From positions 1 through 64,000 of the IMG/VR virus record IMGVR_UViG_3300037423_001636: a stretch of DNA of 64,000 nt. One strand, 5' to 3'. Positions 38,981 through 48,338 of this stretch are shown piece after piece. Every line of letters starts with the position of its first letter. The first letter of the stretch is position 1. Position numbers and translations under genes: made by a program. The notes beneath the pieces are model-generated. The model did no database searches, was not told where the DNA came from, and saw only the letters and a list, made by a program, of their open reading frames with translations. Origin of the DNA: a virus (lineage: Duplodnaviria > Heunggongvirae > Uroviricota > Caudoviricetes).

Positions 38981-39667
38981 ATGGGAACACGAGGCAGCAC
39001 ATTCGTTCAACTCGACGGCCAATATAAGGTCGCTCAATACGGGCAGTGGGATCACTATCCGTCCGGTCAAGGCGCAATCGCTCTTCACTTCCTCCATTCG
39101 CTTAAAACTGAATCAGATTTGCAGAAGTTCCGGCAGAAAGTCCGGGCGCTGATTCCAATCACAGAGAAAGAACTGGAGGATCGGTGGGTGGAGTGTGGTG
39201 CGGCGCGCGATGCATCTGGAATTTCCTTCGGAGTGTCGGATCGCATGAAAGCAAAGTATCCTCACCTACAGCGGGACTGTGGGGCGAAGGTTCTCGAATT
39301 GATTGCGAAAGACAAGATTCCTGATAGCAACGTTCAACTCGACTTGGAATTCCCAAAAGACTCCCTGTTCTGTGAGTGGGCTTACGTAATCGATCTCGAC
39401 AAGAACACGTTTGAGGTCTACAAGGGTTTCAACAAGCGGCCCCTGTTGAAGAATGCACGGTTCTATTTCGACGGTTATCACGATGACAAGCTTCACGACC
39501 CAAAGGAATATAACAAGAAGAGCAAGGGGAAGCCATATCACTACTATCCGATCCGCCTCAAGAAATCCTACAGGCTGGACAAGCTTCCATCGCTTGGCAA
39601 ACTAATTCTGGATTGCGAGGGCAAGGAAGCCGCGGCGGAGTGGGAGAAACGCAATCTGGCAATCTAA
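38981..39667 (+). CDS. MGTR-family phage protein, tandem paralog
   Basis: MGTRG, QWDHYPSGQG, DSLFCEWAYVIDLD. Confidence 0.8.
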   Translation: MGTRGSTFVQLDGQYKVAQYGQWDHYPSGQGAIALHFLHSLKTESDLQKFRQKVRALIPITEKELEDRWVECGAARDASGISFGVSDRMKAKYPHLQRDCGAKVLELIAKDKIPDSNVQLDLEFPKDSLFCEWAYVIDLDKNTFEVYKGFNKRPLLKNARFYFDGYHDDKLHDPKEYNKKSKGKPYHYYPIRLKKSYRLDKLPSLGKLILDCEGKEAAAEWEKRNLAI

Positions 39668-40420
39668 ACACCATGTTCCCTCGCTACACTCACACCGATC
39701 GCTCTGGCATGAACTGGCGATTCGCCGGCTCGCGCCCCATCTCCGCCCTAGCTGATTCCGTCATGGCAGAATGCGGATTTGAGCCGAGTAAAGATGGAGC
39801 GGGGTGGAAACCGAAAAAGGTCCGGCGTAAGCCGCACAAAACACGGTCCAAATGAGGTCTACTCCTCATTGCGTTCCCACCTGTGAATCTGATAGAGTGA
39901 TGGCGTCATGAAAACCTATCTACTCGTCATCAACTTCTTCAATGGAACCGTGTTCCAAGCAGAGCGCGAGTGCAAGAGCTGGCGCGGAGCCAAGCAATGG
40001 GAGACTAACACGATCAAGCGGGAGACTAAGGCCCGCGGCTCCGACTGGCAAAAGCGCAGTCTCGGAATTAGCAGCTGGCCCGGCAACAATGCGTTCAATC
40101 GGTGGGTGGAGGGGAAAGCGGTAGACTGAATCTAATCAATCATGAGAACCACACGCGCCGAGTTAGATGAACTAGCCGCCAAATGCGGACTGCAAATCCA
40201 GCACGATTGCGGGGGCTATCGAGTCGCGCGGGGTGGCGCTTATCTCTTCCCCGACACCGGCATCTGCCCCACGGCTACACGCAAGGAATGCGCGATATTT
40301 CTCCGGGGCTATCTCGTTGGGGTGAGGAATGTAACGATACGGTCAACAATCTGAAGCAAGGATGATTTGAGTAGTCTACCCTATAGATATTTCGTCCGCA
40401 ATCCATTATAGTCATGCGTC

Positions 40421-40582
40421 ATGAAAAGCCTTTTTATTCATTTGGTCATAACTGCGCTGGCTGTTGGTTTGGCGATTGGTGCTTTTAAGCAAGAGATGCC
40501 GCCTATAGTGACGTATCCTTTGCTCATGGTTGCCATGGCGTTTGGTTTGGCGTTAGTAGTGCGGCTATTCTTGGAGGACTGA
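40421..40582 (+). CDS. small two-TM membrane protein (leaderless)
   Basis: translated by hand: MKSLFIHLVITALAVG...; boxed promoter. Confidence 0.6.
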   Translation: MKSLFIHLVITALAVGLAIGAFKQEMPPIVTYPLLMVAMAFGLALVVRLFLED

Positions 40583-40584
40583 GT

Positions 40585-41256
40585 ATGGGAGTATATATTG
40601 ACACCTTTCGCACTGAGCACAAAATGGCACAGCTCGCAGACTCGCTGGTGACCGTCTACGCCTACCGTTTCCTCTGTCGATTAGGCGACAACGAGGACCG
40701 CTGGGGCAAATGGACGCCGCGTGCCCGTATGCTCAAGGCGCACACTGAACGCGCAATCGAACGATTTGAAACCGTCAAGCCGCGATTCGTGGCGGGTGTA
40801 TTCGAGAACAATTGGGATGGCGCGAACGTGTATTCCAATCCAAAAGGCGCGGTCTGGTATGACTGCGACGCGTTCCCCGGCACGCTGATCGGCTTTCTAG
40901 CCAAACGGGGCCACAACTGGGCTATTACGACCAGCTTTGTCAGACAGACGGGTCACATAGTAGCGGGACAGACTGTCATACACAACTATCTGTCAATCGT
41001 GGAGAATGGGGAATACAAAGAACAGGATGTTTCCTACGTGGTTGACGACCGCACCATGACACCGGCTGAATTTCTGCTATGGAAAGTGCCCGCGGTAAAC
41101 GCTTATCTGGATAAATGCCAACGCGAACAGAATGAGCGGGCGAGACAAAATGAGATTGCCGCGGCTCAACGTCGCCAAAAACAAGCTGAATTAGACGCAC
41201 AGATTGCGGCCAAATTGAACGAACTGGAAGAGCTGAGAAAGCAGCGCAACGCCTGA
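40585..41256 (+). CDS. hypothetical protein
   Basis: 223 aa with C-terminal coiled coil. Confidence 0.7.
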   Translation: MGVYIDTFRTEHKMAQLADSLVTVYAYRFLCRLGDNEDRWGKWTPRARMLKAHTERAIERFETVKPRFVAGVFENNWDGANVYSNPKGAVWYDCDAFPGTLIGFLAKRGHNWAITTSFVRQTGHIVAGQTVIHNYLSIVENGEYKEQDVSYVVDDRTMTPAEFLLWKVPAVNAYLDKCQREQNERARQNEIAAAQRRQKQAELDAQIAAKLNELEELRKQRNA

Positions 41257-41399
41257 CATGATCGATTATTTTGTCACTACATGGACAGATGCCATCCTAC
41301 TCTGCATCCTTCTTCTCATGCTGATGGGGGCAGTCATATGCTACAGTTCGCGAGACCATTGAGCGAGCTGGAAGAGTTGCGGAAACAGCGTACAATGGC

Positions 41400-41723
41400 A
41401 TGAATGCCACACTCGAATCGATTGAAACGGTCTTCACTGTCTCTCCGTGGTATCGGGAAGCGTCTTTCCCACAGGGCAAACCAATTGCTTGGCGAAGATA
41501 CTGCCACGTTCAGTCCAAACTGAAAGAGATAGTGGGACACGTAGACGGAATGCCGGTCCAAGTGTCTGTGAGTCAGTGGCGCATCACAGTCTATGATGAC
41601 AAGCCGCGTAAATTCTGTGTGACTGAGTGTCAACCGGGTCGTGGATTCGTGGCAAAGAGCAAGATTGCGGCGCTGCGCGGGATAATGGATCGTTGCGATC
41701 AAACGGGCCGATATACGGGGTAG
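41400..41723 (+). CDS. hypothetical protein
   Basis: 107 aa ORF. Confidence 0.6.
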   Translation: MNATLESIETVFTVSPWYREASFPQGKPIAWRRYCHVQSKLKEIVGHVDGMPVQVSVSQWRITVYDDKPRKFCVTECQPGRGFVAKSKIAALRGIMDRCDQTGRYTG

Positions 41724-42272
41724 ATGAAATTAACAGCGCAGGCACAGCTTGAGACGTTCTATGCGTTCAAACGCATGCACCGGAATGATCTTATTCATAT
41801 CGCCGAACAGGCAGGGTTGGAACCGACTCACTACAACACGCACGAGAAACGGGCGGCTGGGGTAACTGTGTTTTATTATCGCTCGGTGGCGCTGTTCGCG
41901 AGCACAAAGAAAGAGATCAACAAACCATTCGGCCAATGACCATCGGCCAAATAGCTGAGGCAGCTAAAGCGGCGGGCGTGGACTCTGCGAAACTCACGCT
42001 CGCGCTACATGAGCCGGTTTATTTCTATCAGTGGCGCTATGGCACTGGTCACGTTACGTTCGGAAACCATTGCACAGAAACAGAATGGCTGGCACAAGTG
42101 ACAAAACAGTTGAAAACCAACCCCGGTTCTCCCATCAACCTGATTGAAAAGAAGGGGCCATTCGTCGAATGAAACACGATCACCACTCTTACGATAATAA
42201 GGAGAACCCCCTATAGACAAGGGACGCAAACTCTGATATTCTCTTTCCTGTTCGATTGATAGTTCAATTTAC

Positions 42273-42515
42273 GCGCGATTAGCTCAATTGGTTCCTGTCG
42301 GCGCTCCGCAAGGAGATACGGCAGGGGTGATAACCGACGAAGACTAGACGAGAGACCCCGATGCTAAGTCTCCATTGCAAGGGATACGACCCGGAGGGCA
42401 CTCAGTCTAGCTAGTAAGCGGCGACTACCTAGAGCGTCATCGGTGGAGCGATCCACCATACACGATGAAGGTTGCCACAGGTCTGAAACGACTGGTTCGA
42501 GTCCGGCATCGCGCA
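42273..42515 (+). ncRNA. tRNA-Val(TAC)-derived RNA with three insertions (138 nt in D-loop, hairpin in anticodon loop, 17 nt in T-stem)
   Basis: GCGCGAT/ATCGCGC-A; GCTC-AATTGGT[..]A-GAGC; TCATC[..]TACAC-GATGA; AGGTT-GCC[..]GG-TTCGAGT-CCGGC. Confidence 0.8.
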
Positions 42516-42529
42516 ATCCTTTTTTTTAT

Positions 42530-42619
42530 GCTCTGCCCCTGCTTGACAGGGGTAAACTGTCAACCTCTGTTGCAACAGGGGCGCAGCGTAGCGGGGCCGA
42601 ATGCAACGCTAGAGCGCCA
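42530..42619 (+). ncRNA. tRNA-like cloverleaf ending in GCCA, no canonical D/T loops
   Basis: GCTCT/AGAGC-G-CCA; CCCCTG/CAGGGG; CCTCTGT/ACAGGGG; AGCGT/ACGCT. Confidence 0.55.
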
Positions 42620-42625
42620 ATCTTT

Positions 42626-42699
42626 GCGGGGATAGCTCAATTGGTAGAGCACGTCTAAACATGGCGTGGATAGAGGTTCGAATCCTTTTCCCTGCACCA
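42626..42699 (+). tRNA. atypical tRNA (apparent anticodon AAC, Val-like; A33; position 26 missing)
   Basis: GCGGGGA/TCCCTGC-A-CCA, GCTC-AATTGGTA-GAGC, ACGTC-TAAACAT-GGCGT, AGAGG-TTCGAAT-CCTTT. Confidence 0.75.
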
Positions 42700-42705
42700 T
42701 TCTAC

Positions 42706-42801
42706 ACCGGAAATCGTGGAAACGGCATTCCATGAGAGACGGTCGATCAACGCCCTGCGTGCGCGGCTGGCTCTTCGTCTAAACGCCTTAAGGACGCCGG
42801 T
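42706..42801 (+). ncRNA. possible fourth cloverleaf-like structured RNA
   Basis: ACCGG/CCGGT closing TGGAA/TTCCA, AGACG/CGTCT, CCT/AGG. Confidence 0.4.
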
Positions 42802-42814
42802 CTATCTCTTTCCC

Positions 42815-43249
42815 ATGTCCTTTCGTCCCATCATCTGGAATCAATACCTCGGCAAACCTGAATGCCCTTACATGCGGCGATGGGTGCTGAATCTAGGTCT
42901 TTTCTCCATTCGTTTGCATCAGTGGTTTGCGGGCGACGACGATCGCGCTCTGCATGATCATAGCTGGGATTTCTGGGTGTGGGTCCTGCGCGGCTCCTAT
43001 ATGGACATTTCCAAGAGCAAGGGTCAGATGGTCGAGCAACTGATGGTGCCTTCATGGCGTCCGACCTTCCGCAAAGCTGAGCATGCCCACACAGTCCAAA
43101 CTAAGGGGTGCTGGACTCTACTACTGACTGGCCCCGAGCGACGAGCGTGGGGCTTCTTCATGAAGCTGCCGCGGACTGGCCATGTCAAATGGGTGAAAGC
43201 GAGTCGATATTTCCGCAAGCGTGGGCATCATCCATGCAGCTCAAGTTGA
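42815..43249 (+). CDS. cupin-like phage protein
   Basis: IRLH...DDDRALHDHSW.F...L.G.Y...H.H.V....WTL..TGP..R.WGF. Confidence 0.75.
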   Translation: MSFRPIIWNQYLGKPECPYMRRWVLNLGLFSIRLHQWFAGDDDRALHDHSWDFWVWVLRGSYMDISKSKGQMVEQLMVPSWRPTFRKAEHAHTVQTKGCWTLLLTGPERRAWGFFMKLPRTGHVKWVKASRYFRKRGHHPCSSS

Positions 43250-43298
43250 GGTGTGGACCCCATAGACTCAGGAGATAGAATCTGATAGAGTATCACCC

Positions 43299-43631
43299 AT
43301 GAATTCCGATCCTTATGTCCGCGCCATGTTCGGCCAGAATGCCGTGCAAATCCCATTCAACTGCATCGTACAAGCGGACCCCGACACGAAATCAGTGGCC
43401 GCGATTGTTGTAGTCCGTGGTCCTGAAGCGATGCGTCTAACGTTCGGGAGCAAGCGGACTCACCAACTAATTCTAGGTGACGCTGTTATTCGCCCTCACG
43501 CAGTCATTGAATCCAATCACTGTCGCGGCTACGGTCTGACCGGACTGGCAACCAGCGGATTCAGAATGGACGAGTGGGCTGAAAAGGGCAAAATCATTCT
43601 AGATAGCACGGGCCGTCTTGCAAAAGCATAA
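43299..43631 (+). CDS. hypothetical protein (leaderless)
   Basis: boxed promoter. Confidence 0.7.
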   Translation: MNSDPYVRAMFGQNAVQIPFNCIVQADPDTKSVAAIVVVRGPEAMRLTFGSKRTHQLILGDAVIRPHAVIESNHCRGYGLTGLATSGFRMDEWAEKGKIILDSTGRLAKA

Positions 43632-43643
43632 TAAAAAACTCTA

Positions 43644-44063
43644 ATGTCCGCCACCACCTATAAAATCAGTTCGTATGACGCTCTCACGCTATTTCGGATT
43701 GGGCGTCCTAATCTCTGCGGTCTGTTGTGCTGGTTAGAACGTAAACTCGGCCCCACTGAAACGATTCTAATCGAGCACTGGACCGACTCTCTGTTCTACG
43801 TGTCTGTGATGGATAGCAGAATCCAAAGGAGTCCCGATAATCTGGGGATCGGATTCACGGTTGACCTCGCGAACGATCGGATTTTCTGGAATGCCAGCGG
43901 CGGGAACTGCTGGGTGCGCTCTGCCAAGTGGAAACGAATGGTAGGCAAGACACGTGTGGACGGGCTTACCGAAGCTCAGGATTTCCACGTGTATAAGGTC
44001 GTTCCTATTCCGAAGGCACAAATTAAGGGGAAGTCCTCAGTGACTTCAGTTGCTGGAGTGTGA
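43644..44063 (+). CDS. hypothetical protein
   Basis: 139 aa ORF. Confidence 0.6.
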   Translation: MSATTYKISSYDALTLFRIGRPNLCGLLCWLERKLGPTETILIEHWTDSLFYVSVMDSRIQRSPDNLGIGFTVDLANDRIFWNASGGNCWVRSAKWKRMVGKTRVDGLTEAQDFHVYKVVPIPKAQIKGKSSVTSVAGV

Positions 44064-44075
44064 TAGACTGTTCCC

Positions 44076-44567
44076 ATGAATTCTGAAACGCGCAGCGAAC
44101 CACACACGATTGAGCCGAAATGGACTGTTACTGAGGCGGTCGCGCCTCCGGGAATGATCGAACTGCACATCGGAACGCCGGCACGCACGTATGCCGTAGT
44201 CTATGCGGACAAAGCAAACAAGCTGGAAGTAGCGGTCGCGCGGGATACGGCAAAGTTGATTGCCCAAGCGCCTGAAACGGCCAAGAGGCTCGAAACTGCG
44301 TCAGCGGCTCTGCTGGAAATGCGCGCCGCTCTGGAGAAGGCCCACGCTGCGCTTACTCAGTATGAAGGAATGAGCACAGAGCTGCAATCGCGATTCGATG
44401 ACGCAACCAAAGAACTGAGTCCATACGAAACATGGATGGTCAAATCCAATCTGGAACATGCTCAGTCAAACGGATTGGAGATGAAATCGGTGATCGCTCA
44501 GCTTCGCAAGACCGGCTACGATAAGATCGCCGATGCAGTTGCGAAGGTGGTGCTATTGGGGGTATAA
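44076..44567 (+). CDS. hypothetical phage protein
   Basis: HT..KW...A.LIAQAPE motif. Confidence 0.7.
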   Translation: MNSETRSEPHTIEPKWTVTEAVAPPGMIELHIGTPARTYAVVYADKANKLEVAVARDTAKLIAQAPETAKRLETASAALLEMRAALEKAHAALTQYEGMSTELQSRFDDATKELSPYETWMVKSNLEHAQSNGLEMKSVIAQLRKTGYDKIADAVAKVVLLGV

Positions 44568-44608
44568 CCCTATTGAACATTCACGCTTCAATCTGCTAGT
44601 ATGACCGC

Positions 44609-45007
44609 ATGACAATGAAGACTCAGCCGAACGCACAGACGCCGGGGCCGCTGGCCGCGACTAACTACACGGACAACGGGGGGAACGAGTGGACCGTGAA
44701 CCCGCAGCGCAGAGACGGACAGGCCGGGCGCATTCTCGCCGTGCTTAACGGGGCCGACTCTGACCGCAATGCGCTAGATGCCCGGCTACTCGCACTCGCT
44801 TACACCGCTTTCGACAAATCCGGGCGGGAGCTGGGAGTGGATGCTGCAATACTAGCCGAACGAATTGATCTGGCTGCGCTAATTAAAGCCTGTCATCTGC
44901 TTGTCATGAGCAACGACCGTAACCCATCTTACTTCGCCCATTTGCAAGATAGCAAGAGCACAATTGCGGGCATTTTGATGCCCCTAGCAGGAGAACTGCG
45001 CCTATGA
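44609..45007 (+). CDS. hypothetical phage protein (leaderless)
   Basis: TPGP...DARLLA; boxed promoter. Confidence 0.7.
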   Translation: MTMKTQPNAQTPGPLAATNYTDNGGNEWTVNPQRRDGQAGRILAVLNGADSDRNALDARLLALAYTAFDKSGRELGVDAAILAERIDLAALIKACHLLVMSNDRNPSYFAHLQDSKSTIAGILMPLAGELRL

Positions 45008-45315
45008 GCGGTAAGCCTACCAATCTCCCTCCCTTCGCGATCTGCTGGTGGACGCACCCCAAACAGCCGCATCGTCGCGCGGCCTACGTGTCCCATCTGC
45101 CCGGCGAGGACGGCGCGGATTGGGGCTATACACCCAATCGGGAGGGAGTGCCGAATCTGAATCTCCCATTTGACCCCAAAGGAAAAGCCCGGCTGGACGT
45201 GGCAAAACCTTTGAATCGATACTGGCAAAGACGGTTTCGAGCTGATTGCCGGGCGACTGGAGTGACGTTCCACAGTGAACCCATATTGACCTCACTCCAG
45301 AATGAAAACCAGTGA
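45004..45315 (+). CDS. hypothetical protein
   Basis: DWGYT...A..L..YWQRRF. Confidence 0.65.
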   Translation: MSGKPTNLPPFAICWWTHPKQPHRRAAYVSHLPGEDGADWGYTPNREGVPNLNLPFDPKGKARLDVAKPLNRYWQRRFRADCRATGVTFHSEPILTSLQNENQ

Positions 45316-45477
45316 ATAGCAAGCGGTCCATGGGAATTCCCATACACCGGAGCACGGCAAAAACTCTGTTTTGATCGAATCTAAAAGCGGGGGCAAGTGA
45401 TCTGATAGCCTGAAAACCCTCCCTGCGGCTCCCAGCGGGGCCGGCTAGCTAGTTAGAAGTGGAAGCCAATTAGACTC

Positions 45478-45493
45478 TGTTCTACGTGGAACA
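45478..45493. promoter_or_regulatory. parS-like palindrome
   Basis: TGTTCTACGTGGAACA, one mismatch from parS variant TGTTCCACGTGGAACA, in a non-coding gap. Confidence 0.6.
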
Positions 45494-46835
45494 AATAGAT
45501 AGAATACGTATAGGAATACACCACCAACAGAACAGACTCAAATTACGGAGAATCAAGGAGATACGAGAATAGGGTAAAAAGAGAGAGTGGGATTGGGTGT
45601 AGGCACCCATTTTTTCCCCTCAATTTCCCAAAACTGTCCTATCTCCACTCATACAGTTTACATCACTCTGCTATCGTCAGCACTAGGCTCGCTCAGATTG
45701 AGGCTTTCTCCCTATATCATTTTGGCCTAACCATCTGCTAGAATGTTTGATCTACTCATGAAAAAACCAATCAAGATCGTCACTATTGTGCTGGCCGTTC
45801 CGGTTAATTCGGAAACCTACATGGATATTTTGTCGGGCGCGAGAGATGATTCCAGCGGCGAAATCATCGAATGGGCCGCGGCGAAAGATGCTGATGGTTA
45901 TAGGGTTGACGATAAAATCGTGGACGGCGAAACGCCGGAAATGTTGGAGCTATTTGAATCGGATTATGTGTCGCCAGAACTGAGGAAAGCTGAGGAGAAG
46001 AGAAAATAGGTGGGTCGGGTATGAAAACTCAGCCAAAAACGTATCCAAAATCCTCCAAATCCGCTAGAGTTGGGTATGGTTTCTGCTAGGGCCGGACACA
46101 ACAGCGGGATTTCATAAACAGATTTAATACAGAGTGTTACAAAAATGACCTTGTTTTGGCACTCTCTGGCCGAAACGTATCCAAAAGAGACTGCCAATCA
46201 TTTGCATCAGTCCACGCATTAGCCATCTTCATTCCTTGATCTGCGCGCCATAAATAGTCCTACTTTACCCACATACCTACGGGAAACCCCTACATGGGGC
46301 ATCGGAAACGGCTTGACACGAGCGTGCAAATTGCTCTAGTCTAGTCTACATCGGAACAGTCTATCTAGCTCACACCCCGGCAATCCAGCCGGCTGCACTG
46401 ATCCCTTGTTCCACCCATCCCGTCTTTCCCATGACGAATCTGAGTGTGCTTGCGCTGGTTTGCTCTCGCTTTTTAGCCACTATCCCGGCGGCTTCGCTGC
46501 CTGTTCCTGCTAGCATCTCCATTTCCATTCCACCCGTTCCGACTCTGACTGGCGATAAAGGTTCCGCGCAATTGGCGCGGGCGCAGTCGGCGCGCAGGGT
46601 GGAGATTGGTCCCACATTATGCTGGATCGATCTCAAGAATGGTCTCGAAATCCATCGCGGGGCGAAGACTGGCAAAATCTACAAGCTTTTTTGCAAGGGT
46701 AGGAAAGTGGGGACGTTTAAGTCCCTGCGGGCGGCGGTAGAAGCCGCTAAGAATGAATGGGTTATATAGGCAGTTAGGGTAATTACTAGCTCTGGTAGGG
46801 ATTATACCCTATCTGAGATTCGGTCTCTTTCGTAT

Positions 46836-46863
46836 TTGACAGATGTCTGTGATCTGTTATGGT
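46836..46863 (+). promoter_or_regulatory. sigma70 promoter for H-NS-like gene
   Basis: TTGACA-16 bp-TATGGT with TG extension; box TAGGG-ATTATA-CCCTA ends about 25 bp upstream. Confidence 0.6.
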
Positions 46864-46996
46864 CCACTGTGTAAAGAGCGTTTCCGGCTCTTCTAGTTAG
46901 GTCTAGCTTTGCATCGTAGGCAAAGAAAAACCTTTCGGCAAGACTGGCCGGAATGCTCATCACACAACACAAAAAACCATACAACAACACGTCAAA

Positions 46997-47530
46997 ATGA
47001 ATACCGAAACCAATATCGCTGCGGCCCCGGCTGCGGCTGCAAACATCGGGACGATCGCATCTACCCCGGTCGGCCAGATCAACGAAGTTCGCGAGATTGA
47101 CAATCGTCTCGGGGAGCTACAGAATACGCTCAACAACCTGCTTGCCCGCCGGGAGGAATTGAGACTCTCTGAGGAACAAGAGAAACGCGAGAAAGCGATG
47201 AAACTGCCGGCGGAATGGGGGTTCGATGGAATGGATTCCTTCATCTCCTTCCTGCGGTCTGTCTCCCCAAAACAGCAGGCTGCGAAAGGTCTGCGCTCCG
47301 GCCGCGCGTTCAGCCCCGAGCTGATTGCGGAGTTGAAGAAGCAGATCCGGGAAGGGAAGACGGCCAAACAGGTGAAGAGCGCACTTGGAATCTCGTTCCC
47401 GAGCTATTACGCCATGAAATCGCGGCTCGGACTCACGAAGAAATACAGCTACCCCAAGGGTCGGAAAGCCGCTCGCCGGGGGCATAAATCCCGGCCGCAG
47501 ATGGCTGGTTCTGAGCTGGCGGCGGCGTAG
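46997..47530 (+). CDS. H-NS-like nucleoid/HTH DNA-binding protein of Opitutae type
   Basis: N-terminal coiled coil, LPAEWGFDGMDSFI linker, C-terminal HTH (EGKTAKQVKSALGISFPSYYAMKSRLGL). Confidence 0.65.
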   Translation: MNTETNIAAAPAAAANIGTIASTPVGQINEVREIDNRLGELQNTLNNLLARREELRLSEEQEKREKAMKLPAEWGFDGMDSFISFLRSVSPKQQAAKGLRSGRAFSPELIAELKKQIREGKTAKQVKSALGISFPSYYAMKSRLGLTKKYSYPKGRKAARRGHKSRPQMAGSELAAA

Positions 47531-47881
47531 TCGCTCATCGCGACGGGATTGCTTTAGTAATCCAGCACGATAGTGCGAAATAGCACCAAATAGCCCTGTT
47601 CCGAGTTTGGAGAACACTCGGCAGGGCTATCTGCATGTCTAGGGGAAATTGGGTGTATACACCCAAAATACAGTGAAATTGGGGAATTTTCCCCACTCCA
47701 CAGAATCGCAATGGAGAGGCGATCTCAGTAGAATCAATATTGCGGTATAGAGTCAATTTAGAGGTGCTTAGAATCCAGCTAGAATAGCCTAGGATTTAAT
47801 CCATATCGTTCTAGTAGGGATTAAAAAATGAGTGCTCTACCCTACTATACAGGCTCTTCCGGGTCTGCTAGAATGAGTGAG

Positions 47882-48289
47882 ATGCAAAAAATCCACCTTT
47901 CACCGGCTCAACGTGCGGCTATCCTAGCCGTAATTGCACGTTATTCAGAGCGCCCAAGCCCCGCTGATTACGACAGGGAGCAAAGATCGCTTGGCCGAAT
48001 CGAAATAACACCCAAGCCAAAAGCGAAATCGATTCCGAATACGCTTCCCGGCTTTCAATCTGGAGATGTGAAGCTCGGCGCGGCATTCGATGCCAAACGT
48101 GATTTGCCTGAGGGTTGGGCCGCCGTGAGCTGCCATGATAGCGGGGGGAATCACAGCATCGAAAACGCTGCAACGTGTGTCTGGCGCAACGTCTGGAACG
48201 GTTGGATTGACGGCGCGCCTTACGATCTTGCGGCGAAAGCCGCGGCTCCGGGCGGGGCCGGCGAGACAGTGCGGGCTCTGACAGATTGA
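47882..48289 (+). CDS. hypothetical protein (leaderless)
   Basis: box to box. Confidence 0.65.
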   Translation: MQKIHLSPAQRAAILAVIARYSERPSPADYDREQRSLGRIEITPKPKAKSIPNTLPGFQSGDVKLGAAFDAKRDLPEGWAAVSCHDSGGNHSIENAATCVWRNVWNGWIDGAPYDLAAKAAAPGGAGETVRALTD

Positions 48290-48338
48290 GGTATACACCC
48301 TATATACATTTCACAGACAATCTGCTATACTATTACTT

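Noticed and set aside
42293-42430. Group I intron or twister/hammerhead ribozyme in the tRNA insert
   Set aside because: Too short, lacks a terminal G and P7 motifs; only partial resemblance to twister (TAA...TTGCAAG...GGAGGG) without the full pairing pattern; needs cmscan
45478-45493. Verrucomicrobial LexA box (TGTTC-N4-GAACA)
   Set aside because: Spacer is 6 bp with an ACGT centre, which fits parS better
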